Positions 30,004 through 39,833 of a DNA stretch of 64,000 bases are shown here, one piece after another. The notes under the pieces are model-generated. The model did no database searches. It saw only the letters and a list, made by a program, of their open reading frames with translations, and was not told the DNA's origin. The position numbers were made by a program, and so were the translations under genes. This DNA is from a virus, in IMG/VR virus record IMGVR_UViG_3300021364_000015, positions 4,531 to 68,530 of that record; one strand, given 5' to 3'. Within the stretch, counting starts at the first letter, position 1, and every line of letters begins with the position of its first letter.

Positions 30004-31602
30004 TTACTTGACGCCGCTGTCGGTGTCAACGGGCTGGGACACGGAAATTTCAGGGTCAAACTCTAAGCCAGCCAGAGCCGTAGCAACCTTCTCTAGTAAC
30101 TCCTCATGCTCAACCTTGGTTGAGAAATGAAGATCAACCCCATCTTCCGACTTGAACGTAAACACGGGAACACCCGAAACGGCAGCGCTGACATCAAAGG
30201 CTTCAGTTTCTTCACACTTAATGTGGACAACAAAGCCTGATGTGACCTTTTCGCCTTGTTCCATTGGGCGAGACATCGGCGCAGAAGTTAAGAACTCTTC
30301 AAGTTCATTAATAAGAGCAAGGGTGGCTTCACGCACCTGTCCAGCACCCCGAACCTTCAGCATCTCGTTGTATGCCATAAGAAGCAAGGCCATAGGGTCC
30401 TTCAAGTAATCGGGCTTCTGACGACGCATCATGTGGCCCTTTTCCTCAGTCTCGCAACCGCAAGACGCATCCTTGGCTTCCTCTACTTCAACACCTTCAA
30501 GGTAGTTATTATGTGAATTGATGTTAGCGTTGTCATCAAACTTTTCAAGCGCTTCCATGTACTCTTCATGAGTATCACAAGGCAGGTACCCACCACCATG
30601 AGAGTGGTAGCCAGAACAACCAAAAGTCTTTGACCATGCTAAAGCAATGTCTGGAGTAGCCCAAGTGCCCTGCTCTGGATTCGCATCACGGACACCTTCT
30701 GGCTCTTCAGCATCTTTCTCATCTGGGTCCTTCACCATCATCGAAGTAGGTGCAGCGTCCCCCATCGGAGTATATGTAGTCATGGGCTTGACACGAGTGG
30801 GCTTGCCGAGAGTAATCTGCTGCCCTTCACGGTTGAATGTTGCCATCCACACCATGTTTTCACCGGTCTGGAACACAACGCTATTATCATTCATCTCTAG
30901 AATCTGCACAGGCTTACGTAGTGCCTGCGACAACATACGCCCCATCATTGCAGACATTGCATCTGCTCTATTAGCAGGAGCGTCCTTATCATCATCCATA
31001 TCGTACATTCCGCCCTTATCAGAGGTGCCCTCGTTGTCGTCTTTAACAGAAATCGTACCAGTCAACTGGTTAGCACCATGAAGTACTGGAGAAATTTCGT
31101 ATAATTCTACTTCCTTCAGCATATTTGCCTGACGGCCTGCGTCAAAATCGGCCATAATGGTCTTGTAGCCAATTGACCATTCTTGATCCATGCCGTAAAA
31201 TGCAACGTTTGCAAACGCCTCACGTCCACGCTCGGTGTTAAGATTGAACTGGACCTTGGCAAAGAGTCCACCAATACCCGCCTGTTTCATCTTCTCTGGT
31301 AGGCGAGGGTCGGACTTAGGAACTTCGTAGATTTCAAGAACTTTACCAATCGGCTGGTTCCAGTCGTGGCCCCACACTACACGAGGCTTACGGCGCTTAA
31401 GTGAACCGTTGAAAGCCCCCGTGACGACTACATCGCCCACGGAATCTTTATTACCAATGCCTGAAACAAAGGCTTCAACAATGCCCTGCGCCTTGTCAAT
31501 ACCGATCTGACCAGAAATTGCTTTAAAATCAAAAGCGGGATCAGTGTCTTCAACGACATCTGCATACTCAACTAAAGTAGTCATAACTCTCCTTAAGAAC
31601 AT
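30004..31602 (-). CDS. HK97-family prohead protease with long C-terminal extension
   Basis: 'KDSVGDVV..GAF', 'WGHDWNQPIG', 'WSIGY', 'EVELYEISPVLHGAN'. Confidence 0.92.
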   Translation of the reverse strand: MFLRRVMTTLVEYADVVEDTDPAFDFKAISGQIGIDKAQGIVEAFVSGIGNKDSVGDVVVTGAFNGSLKRRKPRVVWGHDWNQPIGKVLEIYEVPKSDPRLPEKMKQAGIGGLFAKVQFNLNTERGREAFANVAFYGMDQEWSIGYKTIMADFDAGRQANMLKEVELYEISPVLHGANQLTGTISVKDDNEGTSDKGGMYDMDDDKDAPANRADAMSAMMGRMLSQALRKPVQILEMNDNSVVFQTGENMVWMATFNREGQQITLGKPTRVKPMTTYTPMGDAAPTSMMVKDPDEKDAEEPEGVRDANPEQGTWATPDIALAWSKTFGCSGYHSHGGGYLPCDTHEEYMEALEKFDDNANINSHNNYLEGVEVEEAKDASCGCETEEKGHMMRRQKPDYLKDPMALLLMAYNEMLKVRGAGQVREATLALINELEEFLTSAPMSRPMEQGEKVTSGFVVHIKCEETEAFDVSAAVSGVPVFTFKSEDGVDLHFSTKVEHEELLEKVATALAGLEFDPEISVSQPVDTDSGVK

Positions 31603-31682
31603 TGCAACACTGCTATATTACACTCTACAGCCAGTAGGATGAAGAGGGTTTATATAAAAATCCTGCAAAGGCGTTTATATAT

Positions 31683-32476
31683 TTATCTTGTAAACTTCAA
31701 CACACAACGACAGTTAATTGTCAACCCCGGAGGGGCCAAGGGGTCTTTCGGGAAACGGATAGGTACCCCGTCAACAAAAAATGGGCTTCCAACAGGGACT
31801 TTATCTCCATTTAATTGCCTGTGACTAATACGCACACGCTCATCTTTTAGCGAAACCCACTGCTTGTTCACTCCGGCATCAGCATTTGAAGCGGAGTCGA
31901 AAAGTCCTTGATTGTATGGACCAAGAACTGCGGAATCTACAATCATATCCTTGCGGTTACTACGTAATTTATTGAAAACTGCTTTGACGAGTACCGTAGC
32001 AAGAATAACCTTAAAGGCTATATTTAAATCTACCCCATCTCTATCCCGCCCCAGCGAAGCAGCAGCAAGTGCCTCTGCAACTTGGTTTTGCGTCGTGGTA
32101 TTGAAATTATTGACGGTTGCGAGATGTTCTGAAACGGCAGCGTCTGCTTGCTCAGAAGTCACGGGCTGACCATAGCCTTCTTCGATATTATCAGAAATGG
32201 CCTGCTGATAGATATCTTTCATGCCCGCTGTAAGTGGTGCAGTGCTAACAGACAAAGCAGCAATAGGAACTATAGAAGCAAAATTAGCGTCCTCGCCTAA
32301 AGACAGGAGAGCAGACGTTGCTGGAGTATTAATCGCTTCTAAGACTTCTTGTTCTTGAGCATCAATGATTGCATCTAACTGCTGAGAAACTTGATCCTCT
32401 AACGACTCAACCCGGTATAGTGCTTTATCTTCCCAAGAGGTATATTTAGAAAGATCACCAAACTTTAGATTTGCTG
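31683..32476 (-). CDS. MuF / SPP1 gp7-like minor head protein (frame open to 32492; probably entered by -1 frameshift from the portal)
   Basis: 'KQWVS..DERVRISH..LNG..VP....F......FPKDP......INCRC' MuF signature; no ATG/GTG/TTG in the ~70 codons upstream of TTG 32255. Confidence 0.8.
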
Positions 32477-33928
32477 AAAAGGGGCACTCTTCCTACCCTC
32501 CGCTTCGTCATCCTGCAATTCACTTGCAACTGATGCGGCGGAGGCTTCGATATTCTCGGTACCTGTTACAGTACCGGCCTCAACAAAGCCACCTTCTTCT
32601 GGACTGAACTCTGTAACTACTGACTGCTGAGCATTCTGAGCCTGAACATCTAGAGGTACGCCGCCCTCAACGTTGGTTTCCTCATTCATGGCCTTTTCTG
32701 TATTTGCGATTGGGGTCTGATTAGGGTTGGAAAGGAGTGAGTCCGCAATGTCGGAAACAACCTTTTTCCGGCCAGATGCTTCCCTATACTCATTTGCGCT
32801 TATCAGGCCCGTCTGGAACTCTGTTAGATTATGTCGCTCACGCTCCTGCTTTGCGAGTACTAGGATTGGGACGTTAGAAACATCAAAGTCAATAAAGAAG
32901 GAATCGTCAATCTTGTCAAATGAACGGGCAATAAGGTCAAGGTGCGGAGACATTGTTTCCATCCAAAACACCTTACCCTCTTCCATAGCGTTAGAGAAAG
33001 TACGGTTAGACGAGTTACCAATAATTGACTCAGGGACACCAAAAGCAGCAAGAATTTCTTCCTTGGTGACAGTTCTCATCTGAATATATGCAGCATCACG
33101 TGGGCTAGCAGCCGTATCTACGAAGTCAGCACCGTCATCTGAAGAGATCACCCCGACAGAACCTGCACGTCCAATGTTGCCACGGAAACGAGAACGAAGT
33201 TCTTCTTTGTCCTCATCTGCAATCTCGCTCCGAAGGACTAAGAGACCACCCGGTCGGCCATCGTTAATCAAGAAGTTTCTGTTATAAATCTTCGCTAAGT
33301 TTTCAAGTTCAATGGCAACGCCAGCGGCTTCCATTGGCGTCATAGAAAGGTAAGGGTCTAACGGATGAGGGCGACGAATCCAAATAACATTCTCGGGCTT
33401 GATTGTACGCTTCTCTTGTGCGTTGATCTTTACCTCAAAGCCTTTGACAAACTTAGTGACATCTGGAATTGGAGACGTACTCTGCGGAGGCAACAAGTGC
33501 AGTGCAATTGGCTGACCGCCTCGGCCTCTAACAATTTCCACAAAAGCGCCACGGCTACTCATAAGTAACTGTGATGAAAGACGGTATCTGAAGGCAAAAG
33601 CGTTCTCACCGTCGTTGGCCGTGTTGTTGAAAAGTTTCAACATGCTGTGGTCACTGACAACCTCACCGAAAGGATTGTTGTCTTTGCGGAACATCATGGG
33701 TAGGCGGGCCTGATTAGAAGCAATCACGTCAATGCATCGAAATACCCAAGTGACCTTAGAAACGCCCTCTTTGTACGCTTTAACAATATCCCAGCCGTCG
33801 TGGTAACCCCGACTTTCACCCAGTGATGGGCTATATGAAACTGGAGCACCTACTGAAATAGAGGCTGCTTTCTGCTGACCAGCAATTGCATCTTGAATAG
33901 ATTTGTTTGAACTAGAGTTCCACGCCAT
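32465..33928 (-). CDS. Portal protein (HK97 family)
   Basis: 'WVFRCIDVIASNQARLP', 'NFLINDGRPGGLL', 'EILAAFGVPES', 'SANEYRE..G'. Confidence 0.95.
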   Translation of the reverse strand: MAWNSSSNKSIQDAIAGQQKAASISVGAPVSYSPSLGESRGYHDGWDIVKAYKEGVSKVTWVFRCIDVIASNQARLPMMFRKDNNPFGEVVSDHSMLKLFNNTANDGENAFAFRYRLSSQLLMSSRGAFVEIVRGRGGQPIALHLLPPQSTSPIPDVTKFVKGFEVKINAQEKRTIKPENVIWIRRPHPLDPYLSMTPMEAAGVAIELENLAKIYNRNFLINDGRPGGLLVLRSEIADEDKEELRSRFRGNIGRAGSVGVISSDDGADFVDTAASPRDAAYIQMRTVTKEEILAAFGVPESIIGNSSNRTFSNAMEEGKVFWMETMSPHLDLIARSFDKIDDSFFIDFDVSNVPILVLAKQERERHNLTEFQTGLISANEYREASGRKKVVSDIADSLLSNPNQTPIANTEKAMNEETNVEGGVPLDVQAQNAQQSVVTEFSPEEGGFVEAGTVTGTENIEASAASVASELQDDEAEGRKSAPFQQI

Positions 33929-34086
33929 TATTCAGCCCCTAATAGATAGCCGTAAATTCCACAAGCGAAGCCAGCACTTGCCAGACCCCACCCCAGACTG
34001 AGTATACTAATACCAAAGCCTATTAGTAGTATACCAGCGCCCATGAGAATATGGGCAACGGCAGAACGATTTAGAATATTCTTCAT
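33928..34086 (-). CDS. Small 2-TM membrane protein upstream of portal
   Basis: MKNILNRSAVAHILMGAGILLIGFG...YLLGAE*; TAATG overlap with the portal start. Confidence 0.65.
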   Translation of the reverse strand: MKNILNRSAVAHILMGAGILLIGFGISILSLGWGLASAGFACGIYGYLLGAE

Positions 34087-34106
34087 AGGTATACTGTACC
34101 GTTTAT

Positions 34107-35444
34107 TTGTCTAGGAGACAAGCAAATATGTCCTCACAGAACCCGGACTGGGAAAAAATCAAAGAGTATTTAGAGCCTAAGCGGTCTGACTACTGGGTCG
34201 AAGAACCGTCCCTAACTCAAAAAGTTTTCCTACGGTCGGAAGGTCAAGAAGTCATGTTCGGCGGCGCTGCTGGCGGAGGTAAGTCTTCGGCGCTTATCAT
34301 GGCTGCTTTGCAGTATGTGGATATTCCAAACTACAGTGCTATTCTCTTCCGTCGAACATACGCCGACCTTGCCCTCCCCGGCGCTCTCATGGACCGCTTC
34401 CGAGAATGGATTATGCAGTTTGACGATGTTCATTGGAACGCAAACCAATACACTGCAACATTCCCCTCCGGTGCCAGAATCACATTCGGTTATCTGAATA
34501 ACGTAAATGACTATCTCCGTTACAAAGGTTCGGAATTTCAGTTCATCGGCATGGATGAGGTTACCGAGATTAGAGAGTCTGACTACAGATACATGTTCTC
34601 CCGGCTTCGTCGTCCTGCGTCTGGCCCTCTATCGAAAGTTCCCCTAAGGATGCGGTGCGCTACCAACCCTGCACCTAACTGGGTCCGTCAAAGATTCTTA
34701 GTTGAAGGTGCAGATAATGGGAGAATCTTCATTCCTTCAATGCTTACAGACAACCCCGGAATTGATCCCACATCATACCGTGCCATGCTTTCGGAACTTG
34801 ACCCAATCGAACGTAAACGCTTAGAGTTCGGTGACTGGTGGGCTACCACCCTTGGCTCCATGTTCGATAGAAACAACTTTGAAATTATCGAACCTAGTGA
34901 AGTACCTGAACTCAGTAAAGATACAACCGTAGTGAGGTTCTGGGACTTGGCCGGAACGGAACCCTCAAACTCTAATCCCGATCCTGACTGGACAGTTGGT
35001 TGTTTGGGTGCTTTCGATAACGGTATATTTTATATTCTAGACGTTCGCCGCATAAGAGCAAAGGGAGAAAAGGTCGAACGGTTTGTTAAAGAAACTGCTG
35101 AAGAAGATGGTGCCGAAATAATGATTCAGATGGAACAAGAACCCGGATCGGCAGGTAAAAACCTAATTGACCAATACGCAAGATATGTTCTTCCGGGTTA
35201 CAACTTTTCTGGGCAGAGAGCAACTGGCGATAAAGTGACTAGAGCAAAGCCTTTTGCCGCAGCCGTGGCTAACGGAAATGTTAAACTAATTAGAGCAGCA
35301 TGGAACACAGACTTCATTGACGAAGTATCGTCATTCCCAGAAGCGAGAGTTCACGACGACCAAGTTGATGCTGCTACCCATGCATTCAACCTTTGTGCAG
35401 GACTAGGTATGGGAATCAGACGTAAAATCGAAATCATCATTTGA
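34107..35444 (+). CDS. Terminase large subunit (likely start 34128)
   Basis: Walker A GGAAGGGKS, Walker B FIGMDE, 'ATNP', nuclease 'WDLA...DWTV', 'HDDQVDA'. Confidence 0.95.
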   Translation: MSRRQANMSSQNPDWEKIKEYLEPKRSDYWVEEPSLTQKVFLRSEGQEVMFGGAAGGGKSSALIMAALQYVDIPNYSAILFRRTYADLALPGALMDRFREWIMQFDDVHWNANQYTATFPSGARITFGYLNNVNDYLRYKGSEFQFIGMDEVTEIRESDYRYMFSRLRRPASGPLSKVPLRMRCATNPAPNWVRQRFLVEGADNGRIFIPSMLTDNPGIDPTSYRAMLSELDPIERKRLEFGDWWATTLGSMFDRNNFEIIEPSEVPELSKDTTVVRFWDLAGTEPSNSNPDPDWTVGCLGAFDNGIFYILDVRRIRAKGEKVERFVKETAEEDGAEIMIQMEQEPGSAGKNLIDQYARYVLPGYNFSGQRATGDKVTRAKPFAAAVANGNVKLIRAAWNTDFIDEVSSFPEARVHDDQVDAATHAFNLCAGLGMGIRRKIEIII

Positions 35445-35453
35445 GGAGAAAAT

Positions 35454-35720
35454 ATGAAAGTGTGGATCGACCAAGATTTGTGTACGGGAGATGGGCTGTG
35501 TGCGGAAATTTGCCCTGATATCTTTGAGATGCACGATGACGGCTTAGCATACGTCAAAGAAGTACCGTGGCCGAACATTAAAGGCCCCAACGGTGATGCA
35601 GAGGGACCTGTTTACCAGATGGCAGAAGGTCAGGCAGAAGTTCCTGAGAACTTACTTGCTGACACTATTGATGCCGCTGAAGAGTGCCCCGGCGAGTGCA
35701 TCTTTATTGAAGTCGATTAG
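35454..35720 (+). CDS. Ferredoxin (single cluster, actinobacterial type)
   Basis: CTGDGLCAEICP...ECPGECI; GAGGAG RBS. Confidence 0.92.
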   Translation: MKVWIDQDLCTGDGLCAEICPDIFEMHDDGLAYVKEVPWPNIKGPNGDAEGPVYQMAEGQAEVPENLLADTIDAAEECPGECIFIEVD

Positions 35721-36307
35721 AGAACATCCCAGCGCAAGTGTGGGCGGTACACATCGGGGTGTACAGCAGTAGGGTCTACCCACCAATCTTCATGAATCGT
35801 TCTAACGACAAGCGTATACCCGAGAGCGTCTAGAATCTCTCGTTGAGCATCACGAATAGAATCGTTCCTGAAATACATGTTCGCATCATGTTCAAACGTA
35901 ATGACCGAGAAACGATACGTGGTCAGAGGTAACGAAATAAGCCCCAATAGGGATGTATACGCACTGCCTTCAGGGCGCATAGCCTCATCATAGCCATTGT
36001 CAATATCTACTTGTAGAAAGTCAATCTGCTTAGGCCATTGGCCCTCTTTGAAAAATTCGCTATAGTCAAAGGCTAAGGCATCTCCATAGCAGGGGTTGGA
36101 ACGATTGTCAGTAAACTGCTCTCGCCGCTTATCGTCAATTTCAAATGAAACTCCACGCCACCCAAAGTCTTGCTCCAACACACGAGTGTTGCTACCATCA
36201 TGAGAGTGGAAAGCGCCAAGTTCTACATAGTGTCCAGCCTGCTTCATTTGCGTCATTTCAATAACAAAGTTTTCTTGCTCGCTATGACTAAACTGCTGAA
36301 TCTGCAT
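35717..36307 (-). CDS. FkbM-like SAM methyltransferase
   Basis: 'YVELGA....GSNT..LE..FGW.G', 'IDFLQVDID', 'FSVITFEHD'. Confidence 0.75.
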   Translation of the reverse strand: MQIQQFSHSEQENFVIEMTQMKQAGHYVELGAFHSHDGSNTRVLEQDFGWRGVSFEIDDKRREQFTDNRSNPCYGDALAFDYSEFFKEGQWPKQIDFLQVDIDNGYDEAMRPEGSAYTSLLGLISLPLTTYRFSVITFEHDANMYFRNDSIRDAQREILDALGYTLVVRTIHEDWWVDPTAVHPDVYRPHLRWDVL

Positions 36308-36851
36308 TTTTATCTCTCCAAAATTTAGTAGACGACACCTTTATGCCGTTCGTTGCTGGGTTACCTCTATGCTTGTAGTGGCAAGCAAACAGTAACATCA
36401 TATTTTCTTCAGGGGTGATTGTGAGATCAATATCAGGAAACACTAACTCTCCACCGTCGTAGTCGTCATTCAAGTAATGCACAGAACTAAAAACATGAAC
36501 GTTTTCCCGCTTAGCAGGGTCGTCTGAATTGTGGTAAAGATCGTCGTGTAACCCCATGCCACACCCTTCGGGATACACCACCGCAGGTAAAGCGTTGTTT
36601 ACCACAGCGTCAAAGTCAAACCCTTCTTTGAGCGCATCCGCTATTGACTGGGAGTAGGTCAAGATGATTTGATCTTCCACGTTGTCTGGGCTTCCCCCGT
36701 CAATAACATGCCGAGTAAAAAAGTTGTAGCACCGGTCGTGCATCTCCATAATCTCGCCCTTACGGGGAGTCCTCACCATGTGGAGTAGATCGCTGCAATG
36801 TGGCGAAAAGTTATAGATAACAGCAAAATCGTCGCTTATGAACTCAAGCAT
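36288..36851 (-). CDS. 2OG-Fe(II) oxygenase (prolyl-4-hydroxylase-like)
   Basis: HxD (LHDD), 'YLNDDYDGGELVFP', distal His (YKH). Confidence 0.85.
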   Translation of the reverse strand: MLEFISDDFAVIYNFSPHCSDLLHMVRTPRKGEIMEMHDRCYNFFTRHVIDGGSPDNVEDQIILTYSQSIADALKEGFDFDAVVNNALPAVVYPEGCGMGLHDDLYHNSDDPAKRENVHVFSSVHYLNDDYDGGELVFPDIDLTITPEENMMLLFACHYKHRGNPATNGIKVSSTKFWRDKNADSAV

Positions 36852-37843
36852 TTGTGAACTTCCAATTTTAACCGATGGCTAAAGTTATCAATCTCTAAAG
36901 CGTGCTGTGCTGCTTCATTGCTATCAATGTTTCTGTGAAAGTCAATATATTCACTCATGGCATTTAGCAGCGCCCACTTAGATGAGCCATACATTTCGCT
37001 ATTGCGCTTTGCAGTAAACAACTCCCGAACAGTCTCATGAACAGACTCTAAGTGTTCTCGCTTCTTGGCTGTACTTGCACCTGACAAGGACCAGACTTTA
37101 TCCAATGTCTCAGTTATTTCACTGTCAGTGATCGGTACGCACAAACTAGAAACGGTGTCTATGACATGCTGAGACCAGTTTTTCCGCATATTCATTACTT
37201 CCTTAGCCTCCCCATCAAGGTTTGCCTGACTGGGAGTATGGCGCTTCCTAATACTAAAATCACACGTACTCACTTCATTGAAACGGTACGTAGTGTTGGT
37301 ACTGCGCCGACTGTCCAAACTGTAGTAACAAATAGGTATACTTCCATCGTGGGATGACATAACAACGATGTAGTTGTCGATGGTGTCAGTCTCCCCATTG
37401 ATGGCCTTTATGCTTAAAGAGCCAACATGCAGAACCGCAAAAAACTTTCGCCCTTGGTCTAAAACCCCACAGCCTTTAAGTACTGCTAGTTCACCATACT
37501 TATTCAACAGGTTAGTCGCCCTTTGTAAAATCTTATCGTTCTGCTCTATAGCATAACGCTCTTTAACAACTTCCCAATTTTCAAGCCGCTCGTCCACTTC
37601 TCTGCCCGTGACATACCGATTGGGGACTTGAACAAACGAGTCTATGAATCTGTCATAAACGTAAACTTGGTTTGCAACAACAGAGTAGTCTGCGCTTGCT
37701 GCATTTAACAACTCATCTGTTGAGAGGCCACTATTGTCTATACCCGTAAGCAGGGTGAGCCATGACTTATCGGTCATCTCCCGATCCGCCAATCTTGCCC
37801 CGTTCAAAACGACTAGACAACTTTGTGATATTTGCGTCAGCAA
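36836..37843 (-). CDS. DUF932-family protein (likely start 37777)
   Basis: 'G.L..GRKFF', 'SSHDGS', 'RHT', 'WALLNAMSEYIDF'. Confidence 0.75.
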   Translation of the reverse strand: MLTQISQSCLVVLNGARLADREMTDKSWLTLLTGIDNSGLSTDELLNAASADYSVVANQVYVYDRFIDSFVQVPNRYVTGREVDERLENWEVVKERYAIEQNDKILQRATNLLNKYGELAVLKGCGVLDQGRKFFAVLHVGSLSIKAINGETDTIDNYIVVMSSHDGSIPICYYSLDSRRSTNTTYRFNEVSTCDFSIRKRHTPSQANLDGEAKEVMNMRKNWSQHVIDTVSSLCVPITDSEITETLDKVWSLSGASTAKKREHLESVHETVRELFTAKRNSEMYGSSKWALLNAMSEYIDFHRNIDSNEAAQHALEIDNFSHRLKLEVHKCLSS

Positions 37844-38093
37844 CCTCTGTTAGCGAGAAGCCCAGTTCCCAAGCGAGACCAGACACGTACCATAAAACAT
37901 CGCCTAGTTCCTTCTTGATTGATTCACGAGCCTCATCGGAGAAAACTCCTCCGCTATCCCTAATAATCTTCTTAACCTTGTCCGCTACCTCACCGGCTTC
38001 ACTCGCTAAACCTAATGTTGTGTAAACAACGCCCTGATCTGCCGGAAAAACTGCCGTCTCCTTTGCGGCGGCTTGGTATGCATTCATGTCCAT
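37767..38093 (-). CDS. MazG-like NTP pyrophosphohydrolase
   Basis: 'LGLASEAGEVADKVKK', 'ELGDVLWYV', 'NITKL..R..RG.I.GSGD.R'. Confidence 0.92.
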   Translation of the reverse strand: MDMNAYQAAAKETAVFPADQGVVYTTLGLASEAGEVADKVKKIIRDSGGVFSDEARESIKKELGDVLWYVSGLAWELGFSLTEVADANITKLSSRFERGKIGGSGDDR

Positions 38094-38102
38094 CTTACTC
38101 TC

Positions 38103-38624
38103 CTATGCTTGCTCAGCATGACCCGTAGGTCGTTCAATATAAATATCTTCTCCGGTCTTTGATTCAATCGGAACCCAAGCCGGAGAATAAGTATGTTGCT
38201 TAATCTTTCTCATCTTAAGCAACGTACCATCTAACAAAACGTCAAACTCGTCGTAAGTCATGCCTAGCCGTTTCCGCAACTCTTCCTCTGTGAAGCGTTT
38301 AGACTGCATAATACGCTGCATCAAACGGGAAAGATATTTGGCAATAACAATACCACGGTATCTATTCATGTCGATGTGTAATAGCATGGCTTCAACATCG
38401 TCACACTTCACCACAGTCACAGGAACCTTTTTAATATTCAACTCGTTAGCAATTATCCATCGGTGGTAACCGTCAATGATAGTGCCGTTCTTCTGAATAA
38501 CAATAGGGCTGAGAATGCCGTATGCGCTTATTGAGGAAGACAATCGTTTATAGTCAGGCGCAACTATATAGGACGAAGACGACCACTTTGCTGGAGCCAA
38601 GTCAGACGTTTTACAATAATCCAT
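38103..38624 (-). CDS. ParB/Srx-like nuclease domain protein (IbrB-like)
   Basis: 'SI..YGILSPIV......IIDGYHRW', 'NRYRG'. Confidence 0.8.
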   Translation of the reverse strand: MDYCKTSDLAPAKWSSSSYIVAPDYKRLSSSISAYGILSPIVIQKNGTIIDGYHRWIIANELNIKKVPVTVVKCDDVEAMLLHIDMNRYRGIVIAKYLSRLMQRIMQSKRFTEEELRKRLGMTYDEFDVLLDGTLLKMRKIKQHTYSPAWVPIESKTGEDIYIERPTGHAEQA

Positions 38625-38633
38625 TAACTTACT

Positions 38634-39833
38634 CTACCTAGTGTCGTCTTGAATGTCAAGGCTGTCCGCATCCATCAACTGCTGAGTTTCATCCTCTAAC
38701 AGCGCAACTCGCTTATTATGCGCTTTGGTTTTAGGACCAACTGGGCTGGGAGAACCCATAAAAGAGTTTAATAGCAAAGTTCGGATCAAATGATCTACGG
38801 GATAACCATACGCATCCGTGGCATGTTTTTTCTTAAACGTATTTGCGTAAACTAGTGCTGCTCTGTGAAGGCCCGGTGTTAATACATTATCGTCAATGCA
38901 GTGCTTGACGCCTTTCCAGCCTTCAGCGGCATAATAGTCAATAGCGGCCTCAATGTCATACTCAGCCCACAACTGCCGCTGCGCTTCAATGCTGGGAAAG
39001 CATCTATACAGTTCATCGTAGAAATCTGGCTCTGTACGAAGTACATCAGATAACCGGCGAGCAGCAACAGAATGAAGTGGAATCCCAACCCGCTGATTCG
39101 CACCACTCATTGCGGCAAAGTCGTAGTAGTCACAATACTCACCGTCGTGCTCTTCATGGATAAACTTTAGCACGTCGTCGGAAGTCCAATCGTAAATGAC
39201 TTTAGCAAACCGAAGAGGTATAGCCTTCGATAATTTGAAGGGTCGGTTAATATAGTTCTCATGCAATTTTTGCGTAACGGTGCGGTACCGAATCATTGAC
39301 TCGTTTGCTCTCACCCCCGTAATGAAGGCGGTGCGTCCTTTCTTGCCCTGCATCGTATACTCGTCAATTTTACGAGGAATTGCTTTCTCAGGGTCAAGAC
39401 CAAAGTGCTCTGCACGCAAAGCCTGCTCAGGGAAAGGCCGGAAGAGTCTACCACTGCGTTCCCTCTTCTTAGACCACAGTAACACATACTGTCTACGGCC
39501 TAGAACCCATAACTCTTGACCTTGCGGTAAGCAGTACCACTCCATGTCAACCCAGTCGTACTCGCTGACACGCTTAACATAGTCTTCTACAGCAGGTGAA
39601 AGCATTTCTTCGTCACGGAAAATAGCCTTAACGGGGCCAAGGCCACGCTCTTCGTGAATCTCTTTTGCCAGATAAAGACAAGCCGTAGAGTCTTTACCTC
39701 CACTGAACTGAACACAGACCGTATCAAACGTATCGTATACGTGCCGAATGCGCTCTCTAGCGGCATCGACACAAGTCATATCCAAGAACATCCGACGCCT
39801 TGGCATATCAACCTCGTGGAGAATGCTGAGCAA
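38634..39833 (-). CDS. PAPS-reductase-family (PP-loop) protein, IbrA-like
   Basis: FSGGKDS, 'FRDEE', 'GVRANES..R', 'IYDWT..DV', 'RVGIP'. Confidence 0.85.
   Translation of the reverse strand: MLSILHEVDMPRRRMFLDMTCVDAARERIRHVYDTFDTVCVQFSGGKDSTACLYLAKEIHEERGLGPVKAIFRDEEMLSPAVEDYVKRVSEYDWVDMEWYCLPQGQELWVLGRRQYVLLWSKKRERSGRLFRPFPEQALRAEHFGLDPEKAIPRKIDEYTMQGKKGRTAFITGVRANESMIRYRTVTQKLHENYINRPFKLSKAIPLRFAKVIYDWTSDDVLKFIHEEHDGEYCDYYDFAAMSGANQRVGIPLHSVAARRLSDVLRTEPDFYDELYRCFPSIEAQRQLWAEYDIEAAIDYYAAEGWKGVKHCIDDNVLTPGLHRAALVYANTFKKKHATDAYGYPVDHLIRTLLLNSFMGSPSPVGPKTKAHNKRVALLEDETQQLMDADSLDIQDDTR

Noticed and set aside
28882-30066. Plus-strand Ser/Ala-rich ORFs
   Set aside because: Antisense shadows of the acidic repeat protein.
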